Source: a virus (taxonomy: Duplodnaviria > Caudoviricetes). Taken from it: a stretch of DNA of 37,679 bases. Every line of letters begins with the position of its first letter. Position 1 is the first letter of the stretch. The stretch is from IMG/VR virus record IMGVR_UViG_3300032335_000058, positions 1 to 37,679 of that record; one strand, 5' to 3'. The notes beneath the pieces are model-generated. The model worked only from the letters and a program-made list of their open reading frames with translations. It was not told the DNA's origin and did not search any database. Shown here piece after piece: positions 34,515 through 37,679 of this stretch. A program made the position numbers and the translations under genes.

Positions 34515-34820
34515 TTATCCTCCGAAAACCACGGCCATAGCGATGGCCTTGCCTGTTGATGCTGTATTAGCCAGGGTCACCGGCTGATATGACAGCGCTT
34601 GAAATTCGTCATTAAGTGCAGCGGCAGATGTCAGCACCACAGTCAATCCATTTGATGCCGTGTAGTCTGATGGTGTCAACAATACCCCGTTGAGAAACAC
34701 ATCGACATAGCCAACCACATACCCGCCAGTAATGTTAAATGTTGTCTGGCCGCTAGTGGCTGTGACATTAGTCACCGTGCGGATCGTATTGCCAAATGGG
34801 GGAACGCCAAGATAACTCAT
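34515..34820 (-). CDS. Short fibre-linker protein
   Basis: MSYLG.PP start, ATSGQTTF..Y..G.VDVFLNGV.L...DYTA.NG domain, C-terminal GKAIAMAVVFGG. Confidence 0.75.
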   Translation of the reverse strand: MSYLGVPPFGNTIRTVTNVTATSGQTTFNITGGYVVGYVDVFLNGVLLTPSDYTASNGLTVVLTSAAALNDEFQALSYQPVTLANTASTGKAIAMAVVFGG

Positions 34821-35821
34821 GCTGTGAATGTCCCGCTTGATGTAAATGTATGGTATGTATAACCACCGCTACTGGTTACTGTGCCACCGGTTCCTCGTTG
34901 AGAGCCAGAGTAACGGATAATGACAACACCTGAACCACCAGCGCCGCCTGCACCTTGATTGCTTGAGCCATTTAAATGCCCACCTCCACCACCACCGCCG
35001 CCTCTGTTTGCTGTTCCAGAAGTGGCGGGATTACCACTAGATGCGCCACCGCCTCCACCACCAGAACCACCAGCACCAACAGTTCCAGTACCACGAACCC
35101 CACCTCCACCACCACCGGCGTATGTAGTACCTAAAGATTTCCAATTAGTGCCAGCACCTCCGGCTCCAGCAGTAGCACCACTTGCAGACCCACCGACAGC
35201 AGAGGCCCCACCACCACCGCCAGCACCCGCATCACTTAAAGCGGCATTAGCACCATTACCGCCGGAGTTACCTTGACCAGAAGTACCAGCGTACCCGGTT
35301 GCATAAGTATTATTGCTATGAGTTCCTCCACCACCTGAGCCTCCTGATGCTCCAGCACCAACTTCAGATGCCCCAGCACCGCCAGCAGTTGCTGTGTTAG
35401 ATGCAAAACCAGAATTTGATCCACTTGTGGCTACAGTTCCAATTCCACTACCGCCACGATTTACACCACCACTTCCACCCGACCCGCCAGCGCCAACTGT
35501 TACTGTATATGCTGTGAGCGTAGTAACATTTTGTGTGCTGTCTAAAAGACCACCCGCACCACCGCCACCTCCAGCAGAACCGCCACCACCACCTCCAGCA
35601 ACTATAAGATATTCAACAGAATACTGTACTGTTGCAACTATAGATGCCCAGTTAGTTCCATCATAAACTTCATACTTTGAGTCTGTGGTGTTATATCTAA
35701 CCATGCCAGTACTGGCCGTGGCCGGACGCTCTGCGGTAGTACCCGCAGGCAGATCAAATGCACCAGTACCAGCGCTGCTTGTATCTTGCGCGGTTCGGCC
35801 TAGGTTTCGCGCTTTACCCAT
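34817..35821 (-). CDS. Glycine-rich domain fibre-associated protein (paralogue 2)
   Basis: MGKARNL start, DLPAGTTAERP..GMVRYNT unit, Gly-rich domain ending YTYHTFTSSGTFTA. Confidence 0.8.
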   Translation of the reverse strand: MGKARNLGRTAQDTSSAGTGAFDLPAGTTAERPATASTGMVRYNTTDSKYEVYDGTNWASIVATVQYSVEYLIVAGGGGGGSAGGGGGAGGLLDSTQNVTTLTAYTVTVGAGGSGGSGGVNRGGSGIGTVATSGSNSGFASNTATAGGAGASEVGAGASGGSGGGGTHSNNTYATGYAGTSGQGNSGGNGANAALSDAGAGGGGGASAVGGSASGATAGAGGAGTNWKSLGTTYAGGGGGGVRGTGTVGAGGSGGGGGGASSGNPATSGTANRGGGGGGGGHLNGSSNQGAGGAGGSGVVIIRYSGSQRGTGGTVTSSGGYTYHTFTSSGTFTA

Positions 35822-36201
35822 TATGGCTGCTCTACTTGTACCCAGGATGTCGTTGCCTCATCCCAGCGATACATATTTGCATCTTCAGGATAAGGTACTG
35901 GCGATTCCCACAAGCACGATGTCTCGTTAAGATTCCAAGACGCATACGGCTTTGGAGGAATAAACGCATCACGCTGTGCGTCATAAGAAAAGCCAATGCC
36001 AGCATAATTCTTACGCAGCGCTTTGGTCTGATCGGCAGACGGTTCGTTAGTCTCTGGATTGTAGTGAACCCCACCGCGAGTGTTATAGGATGTCTGAATC
36101 CACGCACCAGGTGAAGTGTCTACAAATGTCTGAAAAAATTCTGGTTCGGCAACAATGACCTGTTCCACGATTCCATTGTTTACTTTTGCAAAATGTGCCA
36201 T
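35821..36201 (-). CDS. MAHFA-type protein accompanying Gly-rich fibre genes
   Basis: MAHFAK..WIQTSYN..LRKNYAGIG..YD..RDAFIPPKPY.SW.L.E..C.W..PVPYP; GGAGA RBS. Confidence 0.8.
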   Translation of the reverse strand: MAHFAKVNNGIVEQVIVAEPEFFQTFVDTSPGAWIQTSYNTRGGVHYNPETNEPSADQTKALRKNYAGIGFSYDAQRDAFIPPKPYASWNLNETSCLWESPVPYPEDANMYRWDEATTSWVQVEQP

Positions 36202-36210
36202 GTATATCTC

Positions 36211-37272
36211 CTATGCTGTATAAGTTCCAGATGATGTAAAGGTATGGTAGGTGTATCCACCAGATTGTGTAACTGTCCCGCCAGATCCTTGTTGTGCTCC
36301 AGCATAGCGAATGATTACGATGCCGGAACCACCGGAACCACCATTGGCTGGCACACTTCCTGTCCAACTGCCTGCACCTCCACCTCCACCTGTATTTGCA
36401 GTTCCTGAAATGCCATCTCTGCCGCCACTAATACCATATCCACCATTTCCACCACCGCCTGATCCACCAACGCCGCCAACAGTTCCACTTCCGCTGAGTC
36501 CGTAATTACTACCGCCACCGCCGCCAGCGTAAAAAGTTCCTAGTGATTGCCAATTAAGACCAACGCCACCATTACCCGGAATAGTAGATGTTGCATTATT
36601 ACCCGTTGCCCCAGCACCGCCACCACCTCCACCAATGTATGGAGAGCCACCATAGGCTCGTCCACCAGCGTTACCTTGCCCTGATGTTCCTGATCCACCA
36701 GCACCTGTTGTTGTTGTAGTTCCACCGCCACCACCACCGCCAGAGCCACCAGATCGTCCAGTTTCATAGGTGGCGTTACCAGTCCAATATGTACCACCAC
36801 CGCCACCACCAACGGATGTTATAGAATTAAAAACAGAGTTAGAACCATCTTTACCATAAGAAGAATTTGACTCTCTTGGCGCAGTTCCACCAGCACCGCC
36901 TGCGCCAATTGTAACGGTGTAGGAATTAGTGGCAGCAAATGTGATTGATGCTGTTCTATATCCACCAGCGCCACCGCCACCGCCAAGGTCTGCGCCACCA
37001 CCGCCACCACCAGCAACAACAAGATAATCAGCGGAATAATTTTGCGCTGTAGTTGTTACATCACGCCATTGTGTTTCAACATACATTTCATATTTGTCAT
37101 TATCTGTGTTGTATCTCACCATGCCATTAGCCGGTGACCCTGGCCTTTCGGCAGTAGTACCCGCTGGCAAATCAAAATACCCCGTGCTACTGTTAGCCTG
37201 GTCAGATACCTCAGTAGGCGTTACCTCAACGCCTGCAATGTTCGGTGCTGGGGGCGATCCAATGTAAGACAT
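36211..37272 (-). CDS. Glycine-rich domain fibre-associated protein (paralogue 1)
   Basis: MSYIG.PP start, FDLPAGTTAERP..GMVRYNT, Gly-rich domain ending YTYHTFTSSGTYTA. Confidence 0.8.
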   Translation of the reverse strand: MSYIGSPPAPNIAGVEVTPTEVSDQANSSTGYFDLPAGTTAERPGSPANGMVRYNTDNDKYEMYVETQWRDVTTTAQNYSADYLVVAGGGGGGADLGGGGGAGGYRTASITFAATNSYTVTIGAGGAGGTAPRESNSSYGKDGSNSVFNSITSVGGGGGGTYWTGNATYETGRSGGSGGGGGGGTTTTTGAGGSGTSGQGNAGGRAYGGSPYIGGGGGGAGATGNNATSTIPGNGGVGLNWQSLGTFYAGGGGGSNYGLSGSGTVGGVGGSGGGGNGGYGISGGRDGISGTANTGGGGGAGSWTGSVPANGGSGGSGIVIIRYAGAQQGSGGTVTQSGGYTYHTFTSSGTYTA

Positions 37273-37592
37273 TAGGTAATCTCCAGAACAGATGCAATGA
37301 CATCGGCAGACGATGATGCTGACGATAAGACCTTAAGCGCATCACCTGATTCCAGCACCAGTTTTTGATCACCGCCAATCGGTACTAATGAACCGCCGCT
37401 TGGTATCACCGCGCCCTTAACAATGTAGTAGTTAGTGCCGCCAATTGTGGTGTAGACATCCACATTGATAGTCGATGCTGTGATGTTAGCAACGGTCATA
37501 CCGATCACCGTGGTGGCCGCTGATGCCGTTACAATGGTCGCTGCAGATGTACCAACAGCAGCGGACACATAATTTTTAAAAGTATTTGCCAT
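37272..37592 (-). CDS. Small beta-rich fibre adaptor-like protein (MANTFKN type)
   Basis: TTVIGMTVAN..IVKGAVIP.GGSLV.IGGDQKLVLE.GD..S.LEIT; directly follows the fibre gene across the circular junction. Confidence 0.78.
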   Translation of the reverse strand: MANTFKNYVSAAVGTSAATIVTASAATTVIGMTVANITASTINVDVYTTIGGTNYYIVKGAVIPSGGSLVPIGGDQKLVLESGDALKVLSSASSSADVIASVLEIT

Positions 37593-37679
37593 GTTTTATC
37601 CCAATGCAATTGCCAAGGCCACAGCAGTACCTGCCGGGTCAGCGTCTAAAGTTACATACTCAACATCTGTCGCACCACT
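37557..37679. repeat. Terminal direct repeat (circular assembly overlap), right copy
   Basis: Identical to 1-123. Confidence 0.97.

Noticed and set aside
34959-35666. Proline-rich plus-strand ORFs
   Set aside because: Reverse complement of GGT/GGC glycine codon runs.
32306-37272. Diversity-generating retroelement (suggested by BPP-1-like architecture, an Mtd_N domain and similar 3' ends of Gly-rich genes)
   Set aside because: No reverse transcriptase or Avd gene. Differences between the paralogous 3' ends are mostly synonymous and not adenine-specific, and all copies are coding.
1-37679. Alternative genetic code or stop-codon reassignment
   Set aside because: Standard code 11 gives full-length, tightly packed genes ending in TAA, TGA and TAG, and the only tRNA is not a suppressor.

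Overview
The window is a complete, circularly closed tailed-phage genome of about 37,556 bp; positions 1-123 are repeated exactly at 37557-37679. Essentially all genes are on the minus strand. A podovirus virion module of the Bordetella BPP-1/T7-like layout (TerS, PBSX-type TerL, portal, scaffold, major capsid, cement protein, tail tubes A/B, GNAT-like protein, three internal ejection proteins, T7 gp17-type fibre) is joined to a lambdoid early module (Sak annealase, PD-(D/E)XK exonuclease, SSB, Cro-like HTH, YdaU/O-like initiator, P-like loader, NinB, Ref-like HNH, RusA). It also has an initiator-like tRNA(CAT), a multi-gene Gly-rich fibre cassette with an Mtd_N-type protein, and a holin/M15 peptidase lysis cassette. 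I see no integrase, CI repressor, DNA/RNA polymerase, reverse transcriptase or CRISPR array. The strongest candidate for a new system is the 2424-aa ejection protein, built as a polyvalent protein: a ddrB-like ParB domain, an AT-rich module with an Nth/Ogg2-like HhH glycosylase K-x17-D motif, and a HExxxH metallopeptidase, with three Y-S-R linkers bracketing the last two. Other leads are a multi-hairpin RNA leader with complementary loops that can hide the initiator RBS, a tRNA-fMet variant altered at 31:39, and three paralogous small virion proteins. Family assignments come from motif recognition by eye; no searches were run.
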